DNA from: a virus | Taxonomy: Duplodnaviria; Caudoviricetes | Virus record (IMG/VR): IMGVR_UViG_3300005758_001789 | Location: 1-46,716 of that record | Length of the DNA stretch: 46,716 bases | Direction: 5' to 3' (one strand) | Shown here: piece by piece, positions 38,177 to 46,716 of the stretch | Layout of the letters: each line of letters starts with the position of its first letter | Numbering within the stretch: the stretch's first letter is position 1 | Made by a program: the position numbers and the translations under genes | The notes under the pieces: model-generated | Databases searched by the model: none | Told to the model about the DNA's origin: nothing | Seen by the model: only the letters and a program-made list of their open reading frames with translations

Positions 38177-38478
38177 CATATTTTTTTATAATCGTTTGTG
38201 TGATTCAGGCGTTTCTCCTGTATAGAAGCGTCAAAAAAAATCTTGAATGGATGGAATTGTTTGAAAGCATGACTGACGATTATAAAGAAGTTTTAGAAAC
38301 TTTAGAAGCTTTATATAAAAGTGTTGATAAAAAATCAAAGTTAGAATTATTTCTTGATGAGCCTGTTACTCGGGAACTCGTTGATGATATAAAGGAGACA
38401 AAGAAGGCGATAAAAAAAGCCGCCGAGAAAATCTCTGTCTTCATAGAGGAAGAAAATGAAGAAGAAAAACAAAAATGA
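38173..38478 (+). CDS. small protein with N-terminal membrane anchor and coiled coil
   Basis: MTYFFIIVCVIQAFLLY followed by a charged helical region; ATGA overlaps on both sides. Confidence 0.6.
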   Translation: MTYFFIIVCVIQAFLLYRSVKKNLEWMELFESMTDDYKEVLETLEALYKSVDKKSKLELFLDEPVTRELVDDIKETKKAIKKAAEKISVFIEEENEEEKQK

Positions 38479-39194
38479 CAAAAAAATCCACAGAAGGCGG
38501 AAAAAAGACAGATCCGCTAAAGTTATATTTTAATTCAGATACGCAGAGTGCAATCGTTGCATTTCAACTGAGCTCTAGCAAGGTAGAAAAAGATAAAATT
38601 TACATAAATGATATCTTGCCTGCTTTTGAAAAACTAGTTGAAAATTTAATAAATATTCATAAGTTTACAGGACTTCATGATAGTTTTGAGGATTTAAAAA
38701 ATGATTGTGTTAATTTCCTCTTTGAAACAATCGGTAAGTTTGATGCCGAAAGAGGAACTAACGCTTTCTCATATTTTAATGTCGTTGCAAAGAACTGGCT
38801 TATCATTAAAACAAAACAAAAAGCTTTAAAGTCAAAAAAGAATGTAAGTATTGATGACGCTTCTGCTTTGACTTTACATGAACAAAACTTGATAGATGAA
38901 TACTATTCGATTCCTTCACAAGACAGCATGTTAGATGGACAATCATCAACAGAAGAAATCATTGAAATGCTTTATGAGATTCGAGAAAAAGTTAAAACTG
39001 AAAATGAATTAATGTGCATCAATTCGATAATAACAATTTTTGAAAATGTAGATGACATTGATCTACTCAACAAAAATGCTATCCTTCTTTACATGAGAGA
39101 GTTATCAGGATTTAGTCCAAAACAACTTACTACAACAATGCAATCCATCAAAAAATACTATAAAAAAGCTAGAACAGATAGAAATAACAATTAA
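38475..39194 (+). CDS. phage sigma factor, T4 gp55 (late)-like
   Basis: LYFN, DLKNDCVNFLFETIGKFDAERGTNAFSYFNVVAKNWLI resembles sigma region 2 in the gp55 style (FD......AFSYFT....N.F). Confidence 0.72.
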   Translation: MTKKSTEGGKKTDPLKLYFNSDTQSAIVAFQLSSSKVEKDKIYINDILPAFEKLVENLINIHKFTGLHDSFEDLKNDCVNFLFETIGKFDAERGTNAFSYFNVVAKNWLIIKTKQKALKSKKNVSIDDASALTLHEQNLIDEYYSIPSQDSMLDGQSSTEEIIEMLYEIREKVKTENELMCINSIITIFENVDDIDLLNKNAILLYMRELSGFSPKQLTTTMQSIKKYYKKARTDRNNN

Positions 39195-39202
39195 GGATTT
39201 TT

Positions 39203-39574
39203 ATGCCAAACTATGAAGAAGGAATGGTTGGAAATAATGATATCGGACTAGAAGAAAAAGTTAGAGATTTTTCAGATTTGCTTGATCAGATAGAAGGATT
39301 ATCGGATAAAAAGAAAAAACTTTGGAAAGAAATATATGAAAATGCTGTCTATGATAGACAAAATGCATATACTTTATTTGTTAAGCTTGTCAAGATAGTA
39401 GAAGATAAAAGCACCGAACATGCTGTACATGGAAGATCTCTTTCTTCTTATATTGAAAAAATGAGCAAAGCAAATGATCAATTAATAAGATTGGCTGAAC
39501 TTGTCGCAAAAGCTGAAAAATCTAATGATGAAATAGATCCTGAAGAAATGTTTAAAAAGATAAACGGTAAGTAA
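39203..39574 (+). CDS. hypothetical helical protein
   Basis: 123 aa ORF, AAGGA upstream, between the sigma factor and baseplate genes. Confidence 0.65.
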   Translation: MPNYEEGMVGNNDIGLEEKVRDFSDLLDQIEGLSDKKKKLWKEIYENAVYDRQNAYTLFVKLVKIVEDKSTEHAVHGRSLSSYIEKMSKANDQLIRLAELVAKAEKSNDEIDPEEMFKKINGK

Positions 39575-39575
39575 C

Positions 39576-41135
39576 ATGACTATATATGATCCTACATACG
39601 CTTCACAAATGGCTGAAGGTGAAGCACCTACCCATCTTCGGCATATAAAAAGTGTAGTAAAAGATCCAGCATCAACATTCATGAGAATGATTGTGCTAGA
39701 AGTTATTTCTGATCCTTACATAGTTGATGATGATAAAATTTCATATTGGAGACATGTTCTTCAAGTATCAAATTATCAATATTCTAATCTTTTGCCAAGA
39801 AATGCTATAATAGCCCAAAGAATAAGAACAGCAAGAATACCTGTCTCTCAGCCTATATTTTTATTCCCATTTTTTCCATCACATCTTTCTTTGCCTTGTA
39901 AACCTGGTGAAATGGTTTGGGCGATGTTTGAAGATCCAAATGCAAAGGAAAAAGATTTAGGTTTTTGGTTTTGTAGAGTAACAGAACCACATATCGGTGA
40001 TGATGTAAATCATTCCCATGCGGCAACCAAGCTAGATCAAACTAACGTACAATCTTTAATACAAAGAAGTTCAGGTTCACAAAAAATAATTTATGAGCTT
40101 ACTAACGGCGCCGCAACCATCAACGCAAATGGAGAAAAAGTTGTTAAAGCAGGAACAGAAATAATTAGTCCTCCTGGGGGTTTTAATGAACTTGAAGTAT
40201 TTGAACAACTAATTACAAAGACTGATTCTTCAAAATTAATGCAGTACGAATCAGTTCCTAGATTTAGAAAAAGACCAGGCGATATTGCTATTGAAGGCAG
40301 CAACAATTCTTTAATAGTTTTAGGAACAGATAGACCAGGACCTATAGCTGATTATACTTTTTTAGAAAATTTACAACCTAATGAACAAAATCCTGGTGCT
40401 ATCCCAAGTATTTCAGGCATCAATGCAACATCTAACATTACAGGTAGCGCAGGTTCTATTGACCTTGTCGTAGGAAGAGGAATTCTTTCGACCACAGGAG
40501 GAACTGTAGCTTCCACAACAAGATTAACAAGCAGCACAAAAAAACCTGAAGAAGTAAAAAAAGAAATAGCAAAATTTCCTTTTGAAGTGGTAAGTCCAAC
40601 AGAGGGAGATCCTGATTTAGTTAATGACAGAAGCAGAATACTGCTTTCACAACGAACATCAGTTGACACAAATTTTGGTATATCCAATTACAACTCTCAA
40701 TTTAAAATAGCTGATGCACCAGAAGGAGATGCATCGATAACAATAAAAACAGACAAAGTTAGAATAATAGCTAGATCTGATATATCTTTAATTGTTACCA
40801 ACTTTCAATATAATCCTACATCAATTGACAACACAACAGCTGGTTATAAAGCTGACAACGTAGCTGATCAAACAAAATGGGCATCAATTACAATTAAGAC
40901 GAATGGCGACATAGTTTTTACGCCTTCATCTGAAGGTTACATAAAATTGGGTGATGACACAGCGGATCGTGCTTTGCTATGCACGGATACACCGGCCACT
41001 TTGAATCAAGGAAAAGTTTTGCCAACAACTACAGCGCTGTCAAATACAATGGGCGGCAAATTTGGAGGAACACAGATTCCTGGACAAGGAACATGGGCCA
41101 AAAAAATATTAGTAACAGGAGCTAACAAGCCATGA
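39576..41135 (+). CDS. putative baseplate hub/spike protein (gp5/gpV-like)
   Basis: LPCKPGEMVWAMFE resembles the OB-fold P..Ge.V.v.F motif; PGDIAIEGSNNSLIVLG and beta-strand-rich C-terminus; upstream of gp25/gp6. Confidence 0.6.
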   Translation: MTIYDPTYASQMAEGEAPTHLRHIKSVVKDPASTFMRMIVLEVISDPYIVDDDKISYWRHVLQVSNYQYSNLLPRNAIIAQRIRTARIPVSQPIFLFPFFPSHLSLPCKPGEMVWAMFEDPNAKEKDLGFWFCRVTEPHIGDDVNHSHAATKLDQTNVQSLIQRSSGSQKIIYELTNGAATINANGEKVVKAGTEIISPPGGFNELEVFEQLITKTDSSKLMQYESVPRFRKRPGDIAIEGSNNSLIVLGTDRPGPIADYTFLENLQPNEQNPGAIPSISGINATSNITGSAGSIDLVVGRGILSTTGGTVASTTRLTSSTKKPEEVKKEIAKFPFEVVSPTEGDPDLVNDRSRILLSQRTSVDTNFGISNYNSQFKIADAPEGDASITIKTDKVRIIARSDISLIVTNFQYNPTSIDNTTAGYKADNVADQTKWASITIKTNGDIVFTPSSEGYIKLGDDTADRALLCTDTPATLNQGKVLPTTTALSNTMGGKFGGTQIPGQGTWAKKILVTGANKP

Positions 41136-42724
41136 GTGAAGGTTTCATGCAACATGCAGGAATTCTTGATGAAAACGAAAATCTTTCACTTACAGCAAAA
41201 AATAGGATAATTGAAAGACTAAAAAAATCTTCAGAAGAAGGATTCGCTGAGACTTCACCTTTTCCATGTGCGGCTGGATCTTCAGTTCCTAGCGCAACAG
41301 GTTTTTTACCTGAAGATATTGAAGATGAGCAAAAGTATCCTGAATTTCACGAAAATATACTAAAGACGTATGAAAAAATTGCAAAAGGTTTCAATATGAA
41401 ATCTGCGCCTAACTTACCTTTTCCTTTTTGCGATCCTTCGGCAGTCGCTTTACAATTAGGATTAGAACCTCCGGAATTTGATTTGGCAAAGCTACCAACT
41501 CTTACACCCGTTAGTTTAGCGCTAACATTAGGAATTAAAATACCTTTAATGGATGGGCTAATTGACTCTTTTAATATTCCTCCATCTTTACCAATACCAA
41601 AATTTGATTTGCCTGAAGTCGATCTAAAAATCAATTTGCCTTTTCCTTCAGAATTTTCACAAAAGTTTGAGTTTGATAATTGGGCTATAAAAACTCCCGA
41701 AATGTTTGTAAAATTTACAGGAGATTTAATAGCCAACGTTGACATACCAGGAATACTCGACCTCGCAGCAGGTAAACCTTGTGTTATTATAGATAAAGTA
41801 GTTGAATCTGCAACTTTTGGTCCTAGCGAAGGCGGTGATGTTGTAAAACAAGTCGTTGTTGCTGATCTTTCTTCTTTTACTGGTGAATGTGCTTCAATTG
41901 CAGCTGTTGGTGCCACAGTAGGATCATCTCCTGTAGGGGCTACAGGTGCTTTAGGTGAAAAATATGGTTATAAAGAAGCTCAAAAAACTGAAGGCAAGAA
42001 AAGACACTCAAAGGCAAGAAATGCAATAATAGACGCATTTCAGATACTTTACAACAGACCACCTTCTTTGATAGAAGCGCAATTTTCACAAGCAATAGCA
42101 AAACTAGAAACAGACTATGGCGGGACTGGCTCTTTTTGCGTACCTGTGGATACAGGAAAACTTGATGAAAAAGGAAGGAAAAAATGGAAACCAGGAGCTT
42201 TGATACCTGAATCAGTAGGTTGTAATAACTGGGGGAATATTCACGGCTCAGGTACTGCAGGATCTTTTACAGGATATGATTACGATGCCTTTAGTCAACC
42301 TTATGTGACCTCTTTCGCAAAGTATAGAACACCAGGAGAAGGTGCTTCAGCAATATTGAAAGAATTATATTCACAAAGAATTTATCTTTTAAAATCCTTA
42401 AAATTAAATAACAACGCTTGGAATCCTGTTTTTTTAATGAGTTCAACTTCCGTATTGGGTTCTAATGTTTTAAAAGTAAATGAGGGGAAAAAAAATGTAC
42501 CTCCTGCAAAAGACGCTGTCAATCCAAAAGGTTTAACATATTATGCCGCATTTCCTACAGCGTACTATAAAAATTTTAAAGCTGCCCTTAAAGAAATAAA
42601 TGAAGAAATTGGTGAAGATCCTACCTTTGAATTTCCAGATCCTCCGCCGGGGCTCAAATTTGCACCCCATACCGCAAAATTAATAGGAACAACTATGGAT
42701 GAAATTAATGCTGTTGTCGTATAA
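41132..42724 (+). CDS. putative virion-associated peptidoglycan hydrolase (GH73/FlgJ-like C-terminal domain)
   Basis: QAIAKLETDYG, NNWGNIH, FAKYRTPGEGA, YYAAFPTAY follow GH73 motifs (AQA.LESGWG, NNLFGIK, FR.Y.S, YATDP.Y); Pro-rich N-terminal half. Confidence 0.6.
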   Translation: MSEGFMQHAGILDENENLSLTAKNRIIERLKKSSEEGFAETSPFPCAAGSSVPSATGFLPEDIEDEQKYPEFHENILKTYEKIAKGFNMKSAPNLPFPFCDPSAVALQLGLEPPEFDLAKLPTLTPVSLALTLGIKIPLMDGLIDSFNIPPSLPIPKFDLPEVDLKINLPFPSEFSQKFEFDNWAIKTPEMFVKFTGDLIANVDIPGILDLAAGKPCVIIDKVVESATFGPSEGGDVVKQVVVADLSSFTGECASIAAVGATVGSSPVGATGALGEKYGYKEAQKTEGKKRHSKARNAIIDAFQILYNRPPSLIEAQFSQAIAKLETDYGGTGSFCVPVDTGKLDEKGRKKWKPGALIPESVGCNNWGNIHGSGTAGSFTGYDYDAFSQPYVTSFAKYRTPGEGASAILKELYSQRIYLLKSLKLNNNAWNPVFLMSSTSVLGSNVLKVNEGKKNVPPAKDAVNPKGLTYYAAFPTAYYKNFKAALKEINEEIGEDPTFEFPDPPPGLKFAPHTAKLIGTTMDEINAVVV

Positions 42725-42774
42725 CGATATAATGCAAGCAGCAATTTTATTTTTGCAATAATTAAAAGTGAAAA

Positions 42775-43242
42775 ATGGCGACTATCAACTTTAAGAGCGT
42801 TGGTGTTTCTGCCACAGCATTACAACAGAATGCTGTATCTGTCACTCCTGTACCTATAGGAATAAAAACTCCTTTGCAGTTAGGTTATGAAGATGGTTTG
42901 CTTGTTATGCACTACGATCTTGCTAATCAGTTAGCAGACAATTTAAGAAATCTTCTGCAAACCAATTGGGGTGAAAGACTTGGACAGTATTTTTTTGGAG
43001 CAAATCTAAAACCTCTTACTACTGAATTTACTTCACAGGAAACTTTTGATTCTGAAGCTGTCGTAAGAATAAAAAACGCTGTCACAACATGGATGCCATT
43101 CGTGGACCTTATCGATTTTATCTCTGAGGTTGACAGAAATGAAAATAAAAACACAGCTGTAATTAGAGTAAATATTGGATACAATATACCTGCATTAAAC
43201 GTTATAGATAGAAAAATTCAAATAGTTCTATATGTAATCTAG
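42775..43242 (+). CDS. baseplate wedge subunit, gp25/GPW-like
   Basis: QLADNLRNLLQTNWGERLGQYFFGANL, IKNAVTTWMPFV. Confidence 0.88.
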   Translation: MATINFKSVGVSATALQQNAVSVTPVPIGIKTPLQLGYEDGLLVMHYDLANQLADNLRNLLQTNWGERLGQYFFGANLKPLTTEFTSQETFDSEAVVRIKNAVTTWMPFVDLIDFISEVDRNENKNTAVIRVNIGYNIPALNVIDRKIQIVLYVI

Positions 43243-43255
43243 AAAAGAGAATAGC

Positions 43256-45115
43256 ATGGCTGTTGATCCAAAGAAAAATTTACTTACTGAAGTTAGACAA
43301 AGAAGATATCTTGGTAGAGATTTTGAATCTTTACGGGCAAATCTTTTGGATTACGCAAGACAGTATTATCCAAATCAAATACAGGATTTTTCTGAAGCAT
43401 CTGTTGGGGGGCTTTTTCTTGACATGGCCGCATATGTCGGTGACAACATGTCTTTCTATTTGGATCATCTCTACGGAGAATTAAATTACGAAACAGCAAC
43501 AGAAACGCAGAACATCGAAAGAGCATTAATAAATGCAGGCATTCCCATCAATGGGGCATCACCTGCGGCAGTTAGGGTACGTGCATATATCGAAGTTCCT
43601 ACAGCCATTGCAGGTGACGCTACACCTGATGTTGAACTGCTACCTATAATAAAAGAAGGAACAATCTTTACGTCAACCAATGGAACTTCGTTTACATTAA
43701 TTGAAGATATAAATTTTGCATACGATCCAGACCAAAATGACAATTATATTCTTAATCCCAGGTCAGAAAAAAGAATAGGAAGAACAAGGGCTGACGGAAA
43801 AGTTACAAGTTACATACTTTCTTTAGATGGTTTGTGTATTTCTGGAAGACAAACTGAAGAAAGTTTTCCTATCAATACTTTCGTAGCTTTCAGACAATTA
43901 ACCTTGTCTCAACCTAATGTGACTGAGATAATTTCAGTTTATGACACATATGGTAACATTTATTATGAAGTAGGCGCTCTTACTCATGATGTTGTCTACA
44001 GAAATGTTTTAAATACTTCTGGTGACAACAAATTAGTCAAAGATGGTTTAAGAGTAATACCTGCTCCATATAGATTCACGAAAAGAACGGAACTTACAAC
44101 ACGATCAACAACGTTGACATTTGGAGGTGGAAATGCGAATACTTTAGAAGATGACGTAATACCTGACCCATCTGAATTTGCTATAGCTTTTCCTTATTCA
44201 AAAACAATTTCACGTGTTCCAATTAATCCTGAAAAACTATTAACAACCAATACATTAGGGGTTGCTGCAGAAAATACGCAAATAACTATCACATATCGAT
44301 ATGGAGGAGGGCTGCAACATAACGTAGCACCAGGAACGATTACCAACATTTCAAATCTTCAGATGCAATTCCCTAAGAACCCTCCAAATACTGATTCTTA
44401 CAAAATAAGAAATACACTTGAAGTTACAAATCTTGAAAGAGCTTCAGGTGGCGAAGATGCTTTAACATCAGAAGAACTTGTAGCTTTGATTCCCACGGTA
44501 AAAAATTCGCAAGAAAGAATTGTTACCAAAGAAGATCTTTTAGCTCGCATATACACGATGCCATCAAATTTAGGTAGGGTATTTAGAGCTGCTATAGCAA
44601 CTAACAATAATAATCCTCTTGCTACACAACTTTATATTTGTTCAAGAGACACAGAAGAAAAGTTAATTATTTCTCCTGACACTCTAAAAACAAATATAAA
44701 AAAATATCTAAATGCATACAGAATGATCTCAGATTCCATAGACATTCTCGACGCAAGAATAGTAGATTTACAATTAAAATTTACAGTTGTTTTAGATCCT
44801 TCTTTGAACAGAAGTACAATATTGACTGCTATATTAACAAAATTGCAGAATCAATTTAATGTGAAGAAAAGATTTATTGATCAACCAATCATCATATCAG
44901 ATGTCGTAAACACAATTTTTACAGTGCAAGGTGTTATAGCAGTAGATGATATAAAGTTTAGCAATATTTCAGGTATTGTGAACAATAGAGTATATAGTGA
45001 TGTTACACACGATATAAAGTCTTACACAAGAAGACAAATGATTTTTCCACCTCAAGGAGGAATTTTAGAGATTCGTTACCCAGAGGTTGATATCATTGCC
45101 AAGGTGGTGGCATAA
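43256..45115 (+). CDS. baseplate wedge subunit, T4 gp6/baseplate J-like
   Basis: YLGRDFESLRANLLDYA, DFSEASVGGLFLDMAAYVGD..SFYLD, ITYRYGGG, ASGGED, QERIVTKED. Confidence 0.88.
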   Translation: MAVDPKKNLLTEVRQRRYLGRDFESLRANLLDYARQYYPNQIQDFSEASVGGLFLDMAAYVGDNMSFYLDHLYGELNYETATETQNIERALINAGIPINGASPAAVRVRAYIEVPTAIAGDATPDVELLPIIKEGTIFTSTNGTSFTLIEDINFAYDPDQNDNYILNPRSEKRIGRTRADGKVTSYILSLDGLCISGRQTEESFPINTFVAFRQLTLSQPNVTEIISVYDTYGNIYYEVGALTHDVVYRNVLNTSGDNKLVKDGLRVIPAPYRFTKRTELTTRSTTLTFGGGNANTLEDDVIPDPSEFAIAFPYSKTISRVPINPEKLLTTNTLGVAAENTQITITYRYGGGLQHNVAPGTITNISNLQMQFPKNPPNTDSYKIRNTLEVTNLERASGGEDALTSEELVALIPTVKNSQERIVTKEDLLARIYTMPSNLGRVFRAAIATNNNNPLATQLYICSRDTEEKLIISPDTLKTNIKKYLNAYRMISDSIDILDARIVDLQLKFTVVLDPSLNRSTILTAILTKLQNQFNVKKRFIDQPIIISDVVNTIFTVQGVIAVDDIKFSNISGIVNNRVYSDVTHDIKSYTRRQMIFPPQGGILEIRYPEVDIIAKVVA

Positions 45116-46626
45116 TGTATAGAAAACTAAAATCTGATAAAGATGCTTACATAACCAACAAATTTGTAGACGGAGTTCGAGCAGTAAGCGGTAACACAGG
45201 CATTGCAGGTTCCCTGGACCTTTTTAAATTATACGGTGTCACTCTCACAGCAAGCGGTTCCACAAAAATACCGCAAACTGAATTGTCTAGAATTCTAATA
45301 CATTTTGATATAAATGAGCTTATAAATCTTTATAATCAAAATTTAATAGACATTGACGACAGTAGCTTTAGATGTTATCTTTCACTAAAAGATGTTTATG
45401 GAGGACAGCCAACACCTAATGACTTTTCAATAGAAGTATTTCCGCTATCTTCATCTTTTTCTGAAGGTTACGGAAGAGATACGGCATACTTTGCAGATAT
45501 AGATAAATGCAATTTTATCTCATCTTCTGCTGATAGCGCATGGATATTGTCGGGGTGTTCTGATGCATGCTTTGCATTAACGCCAGGTGATTACATCACT
45601 AGCTCCGTGTTGTTGCCTTCAACAAAGGTTTCACAGCATTTTAAAACAGGTGAAGAAGATCTTTTTGTTGATGTTACTAAAATTATTTCGGCAACTTTAG
45701 TAGGAGATTTACCTGATCAAGGCTTTAGAATTTCATTTTCGTCAGAGATAGAAGATAATAAAAAAACTTATTTCGTAAAAAGATTTGCTAGCAGATCTGC
45801 TTTTGATGAAACTAAACATCCTAAACTCATTTTTAAATTTGACGACTCAATTCAAGACGATACATCAAACTTAAGATTCGATGTCGCATCAAATTTATTT
45901 CTATACAATTACGTATCATCACAACCCAAAAATCTTTTTTCAGCGAGCCTTGAAGTAACAGGCTCTAACTGTCTGTTGCTTGAAATGAAAACACATGTTT
46001 CAGGTGTAGGACAATATTCATTATTTTTTACAGGATCACAGCATTATATTGGAAATAATCCCATTACAGGAATTTATTCTGTACCTGTAACAATTTCTTC
46101 AACTGACGTTAATTTAAGAACAAATCTGCAACAGTCAGCTTCAGTTTCTTTTACTCCTATTTGGTCATCTTTAGATCATTCAATATCTTATCTTACAGGT
46201 AGTACAATCAAGGCATATCCTCCCGAAAGAGGTTCAAGACGAGCAAATCCAAAATATTATGCAGTTAATGTTTCTGATTTGAATTCTGATTATGCTTTGA
46301 ATGATGACATTTCAGTAAGGGTCAACATATTTGATCAAAACAATCCTATCATAAAAGCGCAAAGATTACCTGTAGAATTACCGGGAGTTGTTGTCAATAA
46401 TTCTTATTTTGGAGTGAGAAATATTGCAACAGGAGAGTATGAAATACCATTTGATCCAACGCATATGTCGACAAAACTATCCAGCGATTCTTATGGAATG
46501 TACTGTAGGTTTAAGACATCATCATTGACATCAGGAAATTCTTATGTAATTGACATTATGATTGAGGTTGATGGAATACAACAAAAATACCTGGATGCGT
46601 CTACGGTCTTTAGAATAAAGGCTTAA
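45115..46626 (+). CDS. putative baseplate-associated structural protein
   Basis: 503 aa, TAATG-coupled to the gp6-like gene; KDAYI, SRILIHFD, VDVTKII, PKLIFKFDD beta-sandwich-like segments. Confidence 0.55.
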   Translation: MYRKLKSDKDAYITNKFVDGVRAVSGNTGIAGSLDLFKLYGVTLTASGSTKIPQTELSRILIHFDINELINLYNQNLIDIDDSSFRCYLSLKDVYGGQPTPNDFSIEVFPLSSSFSEGYGRDTAYFADIDKCNFISSSADSAWILSGCSDACFALTPGDYITSSVLLPSTKVSQHFKTGEEDLFVDVTKIISATLVGDLPDQGFRISFSSEIEDNKKTYFVKRFASRSAFDETKHPKLIFKFDDSIQDDTSNLRFDVASNLFLYNYVSSQPKNLFSASLEVTGSNCLLLEMKTHVSGVGQYSLFFTGSQHYIGNNPITGIYSVPVTISSTDVNLRTNLQQSASVSFTPIWSSLDHSISYLTGSTIKAYPPERGSRRANPKYYAVNVSDLNSDYALNDDISVRVNIFDQNNPIIKAQRLPVELPGVVVNNSYFGVRNIATGEYEIPFDPTHMSTKLSSDSYGMYCRFKTSSLTSGNSYVIDIMIEVDGIQQKYLDASTVFRIKA

Positions 46627-46630
46627 TTTC

Positions 46631-46716
46631 ATGTCTTCAAAAAATAATTCACCTTATATTCCATCATTTCTCAAGGCCGCGTTAGCCGATACTCGACCTT
46701 TTCAAATTACTTTTGG
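46631..46716 (+). CDS. start of a further ORF, truncated by the window end
   Basis: ATG at 46631, open to the end (MSSKNNSPYIPSFLKAALADTRPFQITF). Confidence 0.55.
   Translation, partial: MSSKNNSPYIPSFLKAALADTRPFQITF

Noticed and set aside
41347-41916. 189 aa antisense ORF and the other short overlapping ORFs in the track (e.g. 70-408, 15470-15754, 32492-32830, 40352-40687)
   Set aside because: They lie within or opposite well-supported genes and show no motifs; treated as shadow ORFs.
39576-46626. T6SS or extracellular contractile injection system
   Set aside because: No Tss membrane complex or Afp-type cassette; context of late sigma factor and phage accessory genes fits a phage tail.
1-46716. 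Stop-codon reassignment as in some huge phages
   Set aside because: Genes tile the window under code 11; TAG (e.g. 16-18 minus, 10749-10751) and TGA both end genes right next to neighbouring genes.
1-46716. Eukaryotic giant virus (NCLDV) origin suggested by the sugar genes
   Set aside because: Baseplate gp25/gp6, sigma factors, sigma70 promoters and overlapping operonic genes indicate a bacteriophage.
1-46716. tRNA, rRNA, introns, inteins, transposases
   Set aside because: Intergenic gaps are all under about 70 nt and no intein or transposase motifs were recognised; not verified with tRNAscan or Infernal.

Overview
AT-rich, very densely coding segment (standard genetic code, many ATGA/TAATG gene overlaps) that reads as part of a large T4-like myophage (jumbo/huge phage) genome. 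Left arm (1-8973, minus): four large uncharacterised, probably virion-structural proteins, two with FN3-like segments. 9029-15972: PIN-PhoH, a stand-alone sigma70 region-4 protein, an Hc1 histone-H1-like protein, a DinG/XPD-family helicase, ClpP, a truncated GroEL-like protein lacking the ATPase motifs, and a holin-like protein. 16039-38176 (plus): a ~22 kb glycan island with about ten soluble glycosyltransferases (GT2, GT4, GT10, GT11, GT47-like, Maf-like), NDP-rhamnose genes without rmlC, GDP-fucose genes (gmd, fcl), and an unusual ulosonic-acid module (NeuA, NeuB, HAD, cupin, epimerase, SDR, class IV aminotransferase, methyltransferase). No flippase, polymerase or lipid-carrier initiator is visible. 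The island continues on the same strand into a gp55-like late sigma factor and baseplate genes (hub-like, GH73-like lysin, gp25, gp6). The best candidate for a novel system is phage-encoded cytoplasmic glycosylation, probably of the virion, using a non-canonical sialic-acid-like sugar; the degenerate chaperonin-ClpP operon is second. All family calls come from motif recognition by eye, not database searches.
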